Both the position numbers and the translations under genes were made by a program. A stretch of DNA of 64,000 nucleotides from Acinetobacter phage vB_AbaSt_W16. Where the stretch lies: the sequence record PP174317.1. One strand, 5' to 3'. The stretch's first letter is position 1. Each line of letters starts with the position of its first letter. The notes beneath the pieces were generated by a model that was not told the origin of the DNA, searched no databases, and saw only the letters and a list, made by a program, of their open reading frames with translations. This document shows, piece after piece, positions 1 through 8,636 of the stretch.

Positions 1-426
1 AATATTAGTTAAAGATGACCCAACACCATTCATGCCTGAAGTTTTACGTTCAGAATCATCACCAAAATTACCACCGGCTTTTGTGCGTGTCCATGCTGCT
101 ACAGCACCAGGAATTTCTGTACCTTCGGGCGTTGTAATCATTGCTTGTGGAATACCACGTCCATTATCTGTTACAGTTACCCAATTATCTTTAATTGTGA
201 CTGCGATTTTATTTGCGTATTGGAAATTAGTACGAACCGCTTCATCAATTGAGTTATCACGAATTTCTTCAATTAATTTTACAATTGCCGGAACATATTT
301 TAATTTTGTAAATTTACCAAATAAGAATCGATCATATTCTTCATTTGAGGTAGAACCTACATACATACCAGGTCGTTTTAAGACGTGCTCTTTATCAGAT
401 AACATCTTAATTTCATTCTTGATCAT
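1..426 (-). CDS. 39: DNA topoisomerase II large subunit (gp39), N-terminal part; gene runs out of window at coordinate 1
   Basis: Minus-strand translation MIKNEIKMLSDKEHVLKRPGMYVGSTSNEEYDRF...GGNFGDDSERKTSGMNGVGSSLTNI matches the T4 gp39 N-terminus (GHKL ATPase fold); GGAG RBS before the ATG at 426. The plus-strand ORF 32..457 is antisense and spurious. Confidence 0.9.
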   Translation of the reverse strand, partial: MIKNEIKMLSDKEHVLKRPGMYVGSTSNEEYDRFLFGKFTKLKYVPAIVKLIEEIRDNSIDEAVRTNFQYANKIAVTIKDNWVTVTDNGRGIPQAMITTPEGTEIPGAVAAWTRTKAGGNFGDDSERKTSGMNGVGSSLTNI

Positions 427-510
427 TTTGTCTCCAAGTGTTCATGGGATAAAGTAATATTATCATTAAATTATGAAAAGCAAATTGGGATCCTACGGAT
501 CCCAATATAA

Positions 511-1083
511 TTATTTTGTTTCAAATACTTTGCGTTCTGCCTTACGTCTGTTGGCAAGACCTGGAATAACTTGTAACACACCTTTAACTCGGCCTTTATT
601 CCATACTTCAAATTGTTCTGCTGCGCCTTTATAATCGCCAGCATTCAATTTTCTCAATAAAGTTGAATTCGCAAATGCCGTTTCGCCAATATTGTACATT
701 AATGAAACTAAAGCATCAAATTGATTTTGATTTAATGGTACAGTAACTAACTTATTAACAGCAGATACAAATACTTTTAAATCATTTTTCATATACATTT
801 TAGCCTGGGCTTCGGTGCATACATCGCCTTTGGTAACACGTTTACCACTTGGATATTTAATTGTCCCGTATCCAATAGTCCAAACATTAACACTATCGAG
901 ATATGCACTTGTACGTAAGCCTTCAAAACCTCGAATTAAATCAACACCATAGTCAGATATATTTTTTTCTTCGGTATCAGGTGTAAGACGATCCACAACT
1001 TTGTTTAAATCATCTACTTGTGCTTGTGTTAATTTGCCGCCCGCGATTTCACGAGCAGCATCAAAGAATGGTTTAACGTCCAT
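511..1083 (-). CDS. e: Endolysin, T4 lysozyme (e)-like glycoside hydrolase family 24
   Basis: Motif GFEGLRTSAYLDSVNVWTIGYGT with catalytic E/D/T spacing of T4 lysozyme; 190 aa. Confidence 0.9.
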   Translation of the reverse strand: MDVKPFFDAAREIAGGKLTQAQVDDLNKVVDRLTPDTEEKNISDYGVDLIRGFEGLRTSAYLDSVNVWTIGYGTIKYPSGKRVTKGDVCTEAQAKMYMKNDLKVFVSAVNKLVTVPLNQNQFDALVSLMYNIGETAFANSTLLRKLNAGDYKGAAEQFEVWNKGRVKGVLQVIPGLANRRKAERKVFETK

Positions 1084-1116
1084 AATACTTTCTCTATAAA
1101 GAAAGTATTTATCAAC

Positions 1117-1632
1117 TTATGCCGCTCGAGCCGCGACCGCTTCTAATGACCAATCTTGACCAGGATAATGCTTTCTAAAAGCTTCTATTGGTGTAGGTAA
1201 TCGACGTTCAACCCCTTCAGTTGTTCCATATGTCATTTGCGGTGGATGATAAACAGGCGTTGAAACTACCATTACTCGATTCTTACGTGGAAACTGAATA
1301 ATGTTGTCATGAATTTCCTCAAATGGATTTGGGTTCGGGGGAATAGCTTCAATGCACATTGGTTCCGGTTCAATCGGAGCAAAAAATTTATGAGCATGTT
1401 TACTAATGATTTTTTCAATAGGTACACCTGTTCCAAGTCGTACTTGAATCGCATCGCCGCCATGCGAAACACGTAGGACTTCAACAGTCCCGCCCGCACT
1501 AATAATTTCTTTTGCATTAACCGGATATATATCACGATTACTAAATGATAAAGCATGTCTATTAAGAAATTCCTGATAACCTTTTACATCAATTAAACGA
1601 TAACTTAATTTGAAAAAACGATTAAAAGCCAT
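1117..1632 (-). CDS. Hypothetical protein (172 aa, start at MAFNRFF)
   Basis: ORF with AAGAGG RBS before an internal ATG; the longer TTG-extended ORF in the track is unlikely. No recognisable motif. Confidence 0.55.
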   Translation of the reverse strand: MAFNRFFKLSYRLIDVKGYQEFLNRHALSFSNRDIYPVNAKEIISAGGTVEVLRVSHGGDAIQVRLGTGVPIEKIISKHAHKFFAPIEPEPMCIEAIPPNPNPFEEIHDNIIQFPRKNRVMVVSTPVYHPPQMTYGTTEGVERRLPTPIEAFRKHYPGQDWSLEAVAARAA

Positions 1633-1849
1633 TTGGATATACCTCTTTCGTACAAAGATTTGATTTAATAGGATTTGCATATGATACTTTAGTATAAATT
1701 GCAACGATATTATCATTTTCATCAAACTCTGAAATGATTTCAACAAAATCATTACAATCATTGTGTGATTTTACAATAACATTTGGTAACGTACGAGCAT
1801 GTTCAAATAGTTCATCATCGATAACAACCGTAACAGTTTCAATATTCAT
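1622..1849 (-). CDS. Hypothetical small protein (about 76 aa, MNIETVTVVIDDE...)
   Basis: AGGA RBS directly before the ATG at 1849; the N-terminal extension in the 6-frame track overlaps the terminator hairpin. Confidence 0.45.
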   Translation of the reverse strand: MNIETVTVVIDDELFEHARTLPNVIVKSHNDCNDFVEIISEFDENDNIVAIYTKVSYANPIKSNLCTKEVYPNGF

Positions 1850-1886
1850 TTTAAAATCCTCATATAAGTTAATCTTATTATAAATT

Positions 1887-1918
1887 AAAAAAGGCCGTAT
1901 GTAAACGGCCTTTTTATT
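1887..1918. terminator. Intrinsic terminator hairpin (GGCCGT-ATGTAA-ACGGCC) flanked by A/T runs
   Basis: aaaaaaGGCCGTatgtaaACGGCCtttttatt sits between dexA and the downstream gene. Confidence 0.6.
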
Positions 1919-2591
1919 AAAATTTGCTTTTCTTAATTGAACTTGGGTCTGTATCATCAGGGTCAGGAACTTCTTCTAAACCTGCGGCGTAACGCTGGGC
2001 AGTTTTAAGCATGATAACATCTTTTGCACAATCGTGGATTGAGTCATGGGCAACAAATCCATCTAAGCGACCTTTACGTAAAGGTGTCATCGTCATACCA
2101 CGAGTCATTGAATACGCTTCAATTGCAGTACGAATATCACGTTGATTCCAAAATGCAACAGGTTCAAGCTTATTGGTTTCAAATACTTTATACGCTTCAC
2201 CAATCATATGCACAAAAATTGGAAAGTCAAATGATTGCCCACGACAATAACCAAATGACTTAAATGGTTTTACACCTTGGTCTTTTAAGTACTGAAGAAT
2301 TTCAGGAATAGCCTGTTCAATTGTCATATCTTCTGCTGAAGGGGCCAAGTTTTTACGGGCTTCTGCAGATTGGTCTTTCCACCATTGAACTGTAGACGGT
2401 GATACGGTACGAGTACCCTTTTGACTTGCAATACTTAATTTCCAGCGACGACCTGCTTTGATAAGTTCATCAATGCTTTCAACAGGCTGGGTATAATCTG
2501 AGTCAAATACTAAAACTGAAATATCTACAACAACCGAATCTGAACGACTACCCAATGTTTCCATATCAATAATAAAATCTTTATAACTCAT
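1917..2591 (-). CDS. dexA: Exonuclease A (DexA), DEDD 3'-5' exonuclease
   Basis: N-terminus FIIDMETLGS...DISVLVFD resembles T4 DexA (FIIDFETMG...DLAVIAFD); 224 aa. Confidence 0.85.
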   Translation of the reverse strand: MSYKDFIIDMETLGSRSDSVVVDISVLVFDSDYTQPVESIDELIKAGRRWKLSIASQKGTRTVSPSTVQWWKDQSAEARKNLAPSAEDMTIEQAIPEILQYLKDQGVKPFKSFGYCRGQSFDFPIFVHMIGEAYKVFETNKLEPVAFWNQRDIRTAIEAYSMTRGMTMTPLRKGRLDGFVAHDSIHDCAKDVIMLKTAQRYAAGLEEVPDPDDTDPSSIKKSKF

Positions 2592-2866
2592 ACATCACCT
2601 TCATTTGCTTTGCCCGATAATAGCTCTTTAATCATAGTAATATTTGAAATTGTGCCTTCTGTTAAAGGATATGTAATTTCGCTATTAGTAATTTCAGAGA
2701 GCGCTTTCATTTGCACTTGGATTGATTTTAATTTTGCAATAACCCATTTAGCTGAGTTATGCGTATTAACCCGAGGGTTAATATTTAATACAACATTGGG
2801 ATTTTCCAAAGCATTCTCTGCAAAATCAATAATATCTTGTACTGCTTTTTGATTTACATAAATCAT
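2588..2866 (-). CDS. Hypothetical protein (92 aa)
   Basis: ORF translationally coupled to dexA (4-nt overlap). Confidence 0.5.
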   Translation of the reverse strand: MIYVNQKAVQDIIDFAENALENPNVVLNINPRVNTHNSAKWVIAKLKSIQVQMKALSEITNSEITYPLTEGTISNITMIKELLSGKANEGDV

Positions 2867-3150
2867 TTGTCATATACCTCATACTGTTGAAAAATAGAAT
2901 TAATTGTATGAAGTGCATTTTCTTCAGAAAGAAGAACTTTCATTTCATTTGTGCCGATTACTTTATTAAGGCGATTTGCTTTATCAATTTTACGCTCAAT
3001 ATATTCAATCATACGAGGAATAATTTTCTTTCCATATCCAACAGGATCGATCCAACGTTTGTCAAGTCGACCGCTTTCATTGATTTCAGTCAGCCTGACT
3101 ACAATAAGTTCAGCCGATTTTACAGATATACTTTGAAACATAATAATCAC
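2863..3150 (-). CDS. Hypothetical protein (95 aa)
   Basis: Coupled ORF; no motif. Confidence 0.5.
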   Translation of the reverse strand: MIIMFQSISVKSAELIVVRLTEINESGRLDKRWIDPVGYGKKIIPRMIEYIERKIDKANRLNKVIGTNEMKVLLSEENALHTINSIFQQYEVYDK

Positions 3151-3162
3151 CTCAAACTTTCA

Positions 3163-3411
3163 TCAATTTTGTTGGGTATGTGCGTGTTTTAAAACAATAG
3201 AGTTAATATCCATAGCCAAATCAAAAGGAATTATCACTGTTGCACCAGGACCGGCCGCCAAAAGAGTATTTCGCAAATTATAGAATGGCTTAAATGCATA
3301 CCATGTATTTCTGGCAAAATCATTCTCATGATTGCCAGACGTCCATGCATTATGAATTAATTGCATCAATTGAATTAAATTTTCATATGTTAAATTCATT
3401 TTAAGACTCAA
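3163..3411 (-). CDS. Hypothetical protein (82 aa)
   Basis: ORF overlapping the dda stop by 4 nt. Confidence 0.5.
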   Translation of the reverse strand: MSLKMNLTYENLIQLMQLIHNAWTSGNHENDFARNTWYAFKPFYNLRNTLLAAGPGATVIIPFDLAMDINSIVLKHAHTQQN

Positions 3412-4736
3412 ATAAAATACACATTTGTTCTTGCTCTTGTGCAGCCAACATATAACAACTGTTGTGCTAAGGCGGCGTCTGCTTTATGCATGCAAGAAGT
3501 ATACAAAAATACAGAATCAACTGTTGAACCTTGTGATTTATGAACAGTTCCCACCGGTAACGCTTTAACTTTCAAGAAACTATTACGTAATTTCCACCAA
3601 TCTTTCCAATTTGGTTTTGGGCCGTGTCCTTTCATTGCTTTAAATTCTGATGCCGCACGGGATAAGTAGAACTGAAATTTATTTTGTTCTTGCTCATCTG
3701 AAATTACTTGGATTGTTGCGACCATATCAGAATCGACGCCTCTAACATCTAGGGCCCAAGCTTTAATTGGTAATTTTTCTGCAAAAGTTTTGATTTCCAG
3801 ATTAACTGTAATTTCTTTACAGTCATGAATGCGCGCTAATTCACCATTATTAAAAATAGTTTCTGTAAACTTTTTACCTTCAAATGAGTGTGTCTTAATT
3901 AAAGGTTCTTGCATTACTAAAACTTCATGTTTAATAAATGGCAATTCAGTTTGATATAAACGCTTACGAATAATAGCATTTAAAGAATCAACTGATTTAT
4001 TTGTATATGCTAACATACGATTATCAAAAAGCGCATCTGCGTCTGGAACAATTTCAAAATACTTTTGCATAAAGTTTGCAACAGATTTTCCAGGGGCATT
4101 TAAATTATGCACTCCGGCACCATCAACAAGATTTTCACGAATCCATGAACCATTACGAATTTCGGTCGCAACTTTAATAATTGGAGCATTTGAACGCATA
4201 ACTTCTGTTAAGTTTGCTTGAACAAAATGTTCATTAAAAAAGAATGCAGACAATTCAGGAATGGATGAACCTGGGGCAACCGGGCGGATTTGTGCAATAT
4301 CACCAAGTCCAATAATTGTACACCAACGTGGCACGGATGTCATTAAAATACGGAATAATTCACGATCATACATTGACACTTCATCACAAATTAATACACG
4401 ACATTCACTAAGATCAGGCGCATCAGATTGTTCAAATGATGTTTGATCTTCATAATTTGTCGGACTAATTTTAAGTAATGAATGGATTGTATGAGCATCC
4501 ATTCCGGCAAGCTTTGAAAGAATTTTCTTGGCCTGGTGTGTAGGTGCAGCAAGCATAACACCCTTTTCACCCGAATCAATTAAATGATTAATTAAAAATT
4601 TTGTTAAAGTTGTTTTACCTGTACCAGCTGGACCATTAATAGTAATATGCTTACCTTGCGTTTGCATTACTTCTAAAGCAGCATTAAATGCTTGTTTTTG
4701 TCCTTCATTCAAGTCATCAAATGTTAAATCGTTCAT
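3408..4736 (-). CDS. dda: Dda DNA helicase (SF1B)
   Basis: Collinear with T4 Dda: TINGPAGTGKTTLTKF (Walker A), CDEVSMYD (Walker B), C-terminal LYVGCTRAR; 442 aa. Confidence 0.92.
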   Translation of the reverse strand: MNDLTFDDLNEGQKQAFNAALEVMQTQGKHITINGPAGTGKTTLTKFLINHLIDSGEKGVMLAAPTHQAKKILSKLAGMDAHTIHSLLKISPTNYEDQTSFEQSDAPDLSECRVLICDEVSMYDRELFRILMTSVPRWCTIIGLGDIAQIRPVAPGSSIPELSAFFFNEHFVQANLTEVMRSNAPIIKVATEIRNGSWIRENLVDGAGVHNLNAPGKSVANFMQKYFEIVPDADALFDNRMLAYTNKSVDSLNAIIRKRLYQTELPFIKHEVLVMQEPLIKTHSFEGKKFTETIFNNGELARIHDCKEITVNLEIKTFAEKLPIKAWALDVRGVDSDMVATIQVISDEQEQNKFQFYLSRAASEFKAMKGHGPKPNWKDWWKLRNSFLKVKALPVGTVHKSQGSTVDSVFLYTSCMHKADAALAQQLLYVGCTRARTNVYFI

Positions 4737-4791
4737 AATAATACCAAATTAAACTTTAAAATTATTTTACAATATTAATTAGGAAAGCGTC

Positions 4792-5094
4792 TTAAATGAC
4801 GCTAACCTTTCTAACATGTAAAGTTTTTAATTGTTGGTTCAACTGCTTTCGTTGGTAATCGGGTAAAGGAAGAGGTTTAACTTCTTCAACAACTTTTTTA
4901 AAGAACCCTTTGCGCATTGTTTTATAAACAATTTTTGGATGAAGTATTGCGTCTATACTTTCTTTAAGTTCTTCCAAGCGTTCTTTTGCTTTACCTTCAT
5001 TTGGGTAAATGGTAAATTCACCATATTCAGTTAAAGGCAATTCATACCCATCTGTATCTTTATAATAAACAGTATATCCAATATGCTGTGACAT
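4792..5094 (-). CDS. Hypothetical protein (100 aa)
   Basis: ORF; no motif. Confidence 0.5.
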   Translation of the reverse strand: MSQHIGYTVYYKDTDGYELPLTEYGEFTIYPNEGKAKERLEELKESIDAILHPKIVYKTMRKGFFKKVVEEVKPLPLPDYQRKQLNQQLKTLHVRKVSVI

Positions 5095-5095
5095 A

Positions 5096-5461
5096 TTATT
5101 TCTCCTGGAACTGTGGAATATTATTTAAAGTAATTACAAAGTTTTCACGAATAATTTTTTCAACTTGACGTTGGCATTCTTCGTGCACCATGTCTTCGAT
5201 ACGGGTTTTATTAGAAGCCCAATGACCACGATCTTTATTAATTAAATCATTAAGATGTGATTTAATAGTTTGATTAACAATTCTATCAATTGTCTGATGA
5301 ATATTGTTAGCTTTAAACAATTGTTCTACACGTTTCTTAACTTGCTCGCGAGTAATTTCCTGGTACATTTCCATCATTTCACCGCGAGTAATATTATGAC
5401 CCGCCATAAGATTTTGAATGTGTCGTTTTACAATTGCAATTGTATCAATAGGATTAGTCAT
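5096..5461 (-). CDS. Hypothetical protein (121 aa)
   Basis: ORF; no motif. Confidence 0.5.
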   Translation of the reverse strand: MTNPIDTIAIVKRHIQNLMAGHNITRGEMMEMYQEITREQVKKRVEQLFKANNIHQTIDRIVNQTIKSHLNDLINKDRGHWASNKTRIEDMVHEECQRQVEKIIRENFVITLNNIPQFQEK

Positions 5462-5463
5462 GG

Positions 5464-5889
5464 TTATTTCTCCATCATTTCATTAATTTTGCGCCATAAT
5501 TCTGTTGTTTTGCCACCATTTTTATCTGGATGCATAACAAAACGAATTCGCTTAAGTTCATCATATGAAAACTCATTTTTACCAACAGGTTTAAATGAGT
5601 TTTCTGTTTTAATATACTCATCTTTAATGCCTTTATGAGATAACACTGCTTTATATTTTATAAGAAGCTTATTATAATCCTCTACATTTGCATTATGTTT
5701 TTTAACAATACGATTATTTTCTCGTAGAGACGCATTGTATAATTCCTTCAAAGCCTTACGATTACGCACAACATTATTGTATTCTTCAATTCGATACGCA
5801 TGCCGTTTACATTCATTCATATATAAAACATAAAATCCAGCAGCAATACCCAATCCAAGTACAAACATTAAACTACCAAAAACATCCAT
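5464..5889 (-). CDS. Membrane-anchored J-domain (DnaJ-like) protein
   Basis: N-terminal hydrophobic helix (FGSLMFVLGLGIAAGFYVLYM) and a C-terminal J-domain signature RFVMHPDKNGG...LWRKINEMMEK with the HPD tripeptide. Confidence 0.6.
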   Translation of the reverse strand: MDVFGSLMFVLGLGIAAGFYVLYMNECKRHAYRIEEYNNVVRNRKALKELYNASLRENNRIVKKHNANVEDYNKLLIKYKAVLSHKGIKDEYIKTENSFKPVGKNEFSYDELKRIRFVMHPDKNGGKTTELWRKINEMMEK

Positions 5890-5899
5890 ATCGATTTCC

Positions 5900-6880
5900 T
5901 CAGATGTGGTTATTGAGTAAATTATAACCTGTTTTATGTTTAAGCAACTTAACTATTGATGTAGATAATGGTAATCCATATGCAATCTTTTCATAGTCTG
6001 TTGCAGAAAGATTTTCAAACCGAATTAGCGCAGGCTTAATCAATTTTAAATCTTCAATAATCTCTCGTTGACGCTGAATGTCTGCATATAATTTATCAGA
6101 TTTGTCTTTATATGCATCAAGTTGTTTAGTTATAGTTTCAACTTCACTCATAGCAACGTCTTTATATGCAGCTGAGGTTGTCACACGTAACCCTTTAACA
6201 AACTTAGCTAAGAATGTTTTTTGTGCATTAATAATAACTTCTTGACTTTTCAACTTGAGTTCAATTCTACCATTGGCTTTAGTTAAGTGCTGCTTTTCAG
6301 CTTTAGATGTTTTAGGATGAAGAATTTTCATCGTATTCTTATCAATAAGGGCTTGACGTTCACCTAATTTTAGTTGGGCCGCAACTAAATTATTAATGGC
6401 ACGACGATATTTGTCACACTTATGTGCAGGAATAATATATTTTTTAATTAAAACTTGCTCTTTTTTACAAACATGTTTACTTTCATCTAATGAATTAAGA
6501 CGAATATTTGTATCATAAATTGTACGTTCAAGTTCCATTAGAGCATGTTCAATTGATGTAATTTTATCAATACGATATTGAATTTCATTATCAATAGTTT
6601 CACTTGTTAAATTATTACGCAATGAATTATATTTCTTCATCACAGGTACAACGTTACCATTAATATAGCCTTTATCATTATCGATACGTTCCATCGTCAT
6701 CTTTTCTTCTTCGATGGTATCAGAAAAAGGTAAACCTGTATAAGCACAATGAGTTTGCAATTTCATATTAATAAATGCTTGTAAAGATAAAGTAAACTCG
6801 AGTTTACGTCGAGTTGCATCTTTTTTCTTTGCAATATAGCATTCAGCGAATTTAATATTCTGTTCTACAGTAGTAAACAT
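5900..6880 (-). CDS. Hypothetical protein with a degenerate HNH-like N-terminal motif and a long coiled-coil
   Basis: CAYTGLPFSD...ERIDNDKGYINGNVVPV resembles the HNH core but the second Cys and the His are replaced; the rest is heptad-rich. Start assigned at MFTTVEQ. Confidence 0.5.
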   Translation of the reverse strand: MFTTVEQNIKFAECYIAKKKDATRRKLEFTLSLQAFINMKLQTHCAYTGLPFSDTIEEEKMTMERIDNDKGYINGNVVPVMKKYNSLRNNLTSETIDNEIQYRIDKITSIEHALMELERTIYDTNIRLNSLDESKHVCKKEQVLIKKYIIPAHKCDKYRRAINNLVAAQLKLGERQALIDKNTMKILHPKTSKAEKQHLTKANGRIELKLKSQEVIINAQKTFLAKFVKGLRVTTSAAYKDVAMSEVETITKQLDAYKDKSDKLYADIQRQREIIEDLKLIKPALIRFENLSATDYEKIAYGLPLSTSIVKLLKHKTGYNLLNNHI

Positions 6881-6904
6881 GGCAATATACTCATTTGTTG
6901 ATAA

Positions 6905-6940
6905 AGCAATAATACACAAAAGATAAGATTATGTAAACCT
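6905..6940 (-). promoter_or_regulatory. T4 early-type sigma70 promoter (GTTTAC-N18-TATTAT) for the gene starting at 6880
   Basis: Minus strand reads aGGTTTACataatcttatcttttgtgTATTATtgc. Confidence 0.45.
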
Positions 6941-6995
6941 TTAATAATTCGTTTGAATATTTTTTAACCAATCAATAAATGCAAAACTCGCTTTT

Positions 6996-7125
6996 CATAA
7001 AAAGTGTGTTATATTAGATATAATGCCCGGGCGGCCAGCCCAGGGGGAGATTATATATGTCAGGAATGAATATAAGAGGCGTAGCCTCCGTCCGTAGGAC
7101 GTAATTTAATGATTTAAATGTAATA
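6996..7125 (+). ncRNA. Candidate small structured RNA / GC-rich repeat element, copy A
   Basis: Plus strand has an extended -10 (gTGtTATATTa) at about 7005-7016, then GC-rich hairpins (GGGCggccaGCCC, GAGGC-gta-GCCTC, CGTCC-gta-GGACG) in otherwise AT-rich DNA, ending at the hairpin at 7131-7146. A diverged copy occurs at 49784-49875 in the opposite orientation. Confidence 0.35.
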
Positions 7126-7126
7126 A

Positions 7127-7156
7127 AAAAGGACGCTCATGCGTCCTTAATTTTTA
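7127..7156. terminator. Bidirectional intrinsic terminator (GGACGC-tcat-GCGTCC)
   Basis: A-run upstream and T-run downstream on both strands; follows the macro-domain gene stop. Confidence 0.65.
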
Positions 7157-7597
7157 TAAGTATAAAACAACAATACCAACATCAGGTGTAACATCCTGGA
7201 TAATCTCCGCGATTTCTTCCCAGTTGCCACCTGCAATGCCAGCACCAATTTTTGGAATACCCAATACTTTCCCTTTATAATCAACGTTCAGCTTCGTGAA
7301 TAATTCACGAATGTTTGCATATAGCTGGTCACGTGGGCATTTGCCAGGTCGATATTGTGTATATCCATTAATAATGTCGCCATAAACTGTAGTGGCTACA
7401 GAGTAATCACCTAATTTACCCCAATCACTGTATTCAGTTCGTTTATCAGCCTCAACTGCAACTGGGAATCGTCTTGCTATTTCTCCTGCTATTCCGGCTC
7501 CCATTGTATGGAAACAATTACAACCGTGGACAATTGCATCAAAATCGGAATGTTCAAAAGAATCTAACAAATTATGTTGTACATAATACTTAATCAT
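7154..7597 (-). CDS. Macro-domain protein (ADP-ribose binding / hydrolase family)
   Basis: AIVHGCNCFHTMGAGIAGEIARRFP and LGIPKIGAGIAGGNWEEI match the macro-domain glycine-rich phosphate-binding loops. Confidence 0.8.
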   Translation of the reverse strand: MIKYYVQHNLLDSFEHSDFDAIVHGCNCFHTMGAGIAGEIARRFPVAVEADKRTEYSDWGKLGDYSVATTVYGDIINGYTQYRPGKCPRDQLYANIRELFTKLNVDYKGKVLGIPKIGAGIAGGNWEEIAEIIQDVTPDVGIVVLYL

Positions 7598-7603
7598 TGT
7601 TTA

Positions 7604-7792
7604 TTATCCACCTAGGGCCAATAAACCTAATGCTTGTTTAATTAAATTAATCGCAACATCAGGTTCAATAGTGCCTGTTAATACACCAATAACAGCAGCT
7701 AAACCTGCAACACCAATTGCACCAAGGCTTAATGTTGCACGTGGGTTCTTGCTAAAGTTATCTTTTACTTTTTTAATAGCTTCTTTAGCCAT
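7604..7792 (-). CDS. Small hydrophobic protein (62 aa)
   Basis: GAGGAA RBS before the ATG (MAKEAIKK...); predicted TM segment LSLGAIGVAGLAAVIGVL. Confidence 0.5.
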   Translation of the reverse strand: MAKEAIKKVKDNFSKNPRATLSLGAIGVAGLAAVIGVLTGTIEPDVAINLIKQALGLLALGG

Positions 7793-7976
7793 TATATTCT
7801 TCCTCGTAAGCTTCACGCGCATCGGAAACTTCTTGACCTTGTAGTACATTCAAGCATACACCTAAGTTAGCATATTCCTCTGAGTCATATGCATGTACTG
7901 CATCTAAAAGTGAACGCGCATGTTCAATTGTGACATGAAGAAATTCTAATTGTTCTTCGTTTAAATGAATAGACAT
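7785..7976 (-). CDS. Hypothetical acidic protein (63 aa)
   Basis: ORF coupled to the downstream gene. Confidence 0.5.
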   Translation of the reverse strand: MSIHLNEEQLEFLHVTIEHARSLLDAVHAYDSEEYANLGVCLNVLQGQEVSDAREAYEEEYNG

Positions 7977-7990
7977 AAGGTCTCTCCTAA

Positions 7991-8182
7991 TTATTTAACA
8001 CGTGAAAAATATTTGCCCAAAACTGCTTGGTTATTTGAATTAACAGGAACCCAAATTTGTGAACCAATTGGATGTACAATGGACCCTTTATAAATTAGTG
8101 GGGTGTGACATTCCCAACATTCTACAGTAATTGTTGAAAGACGAGTTATAGCCGCTCGCCATTCATCTTCAAGACTGCTCAT
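7991..8182 (-). CDS. Hypothetical small Cys-containing protein (63 aa)
   Basis: ECWECH...C motif; ORF. Confidence 0.45.
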   Translation of the reverse strand: MSSLEDEWRAAITRLSTITVECWECHTPLIYKGSIVHPIGSQIWVPVNSNNQAVLGKYFSRVK

Positions 8183-8228
8183 AATTTAACCTTTTAAATA
8201 TAATAAATATTTTAAAAAAACTTAAAAT

Positions 8229-8636
8229 TTACCCATACCACCGATGTTTAATCGGAAGCTCTCCTGCCGATTGCGCAAGATATTTATTTAAAATATCGGA
8301 TACTTTCATTGTTGATCTTTCATGATAACACTCACGAAGTCGGCAAATACTTGCGCCTAATGCATCTCGCTCTCGAGTTTGTCTGTACAAAGTTTCAAAA
8401 GATTGTTGATGTTCATGCATAATCTTTTTCAATTGACTTTCAATATAAACACTATTACCTCGACGTAAACGGTAACGGTTTAATTCTGTAATCTTTTTGG
8501 CCAATCGAGCTATACGCACTTCTGTTTTATGAATTTCTTCCTTTACATTTTTAAGTTTAAATGTAAATCCATCAATCATTTCGCGGACCAAGAATTTTTT
8601 AGTGTCAATTTGAATCACATGAGCTTTATCAAACAT
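8229..8636 (-). CDS. Hypothetical protein (135 aa); paralog of 16716-17171
   Basis: Shares a C-terminal ...IESQLKKI...LPIKHRWYG pattern with ...RIESLEKI...LRHGEHPYGW. Confidence 0.55.
   Translation of the reverse strand: MFDKAHVIQIDTKKFLVREMIDGFTFKLKNVKEEIHKTEVRIARLAKKITELNRYRLRRGNSVYIESQLKKIMHEHQQSFETLYRQTRERDALGASICRLRECYHERSTMKVSDILNKYLAQSAGELPIKHRWYG

Noticed and set aside
32-457. 141-aa plus-strand ORF at the window start
   Set aside because: It is antisense to the clearly homologous gp39 topoisomerase reading frame on the minus strand. It has no RBS and is low-complexity.
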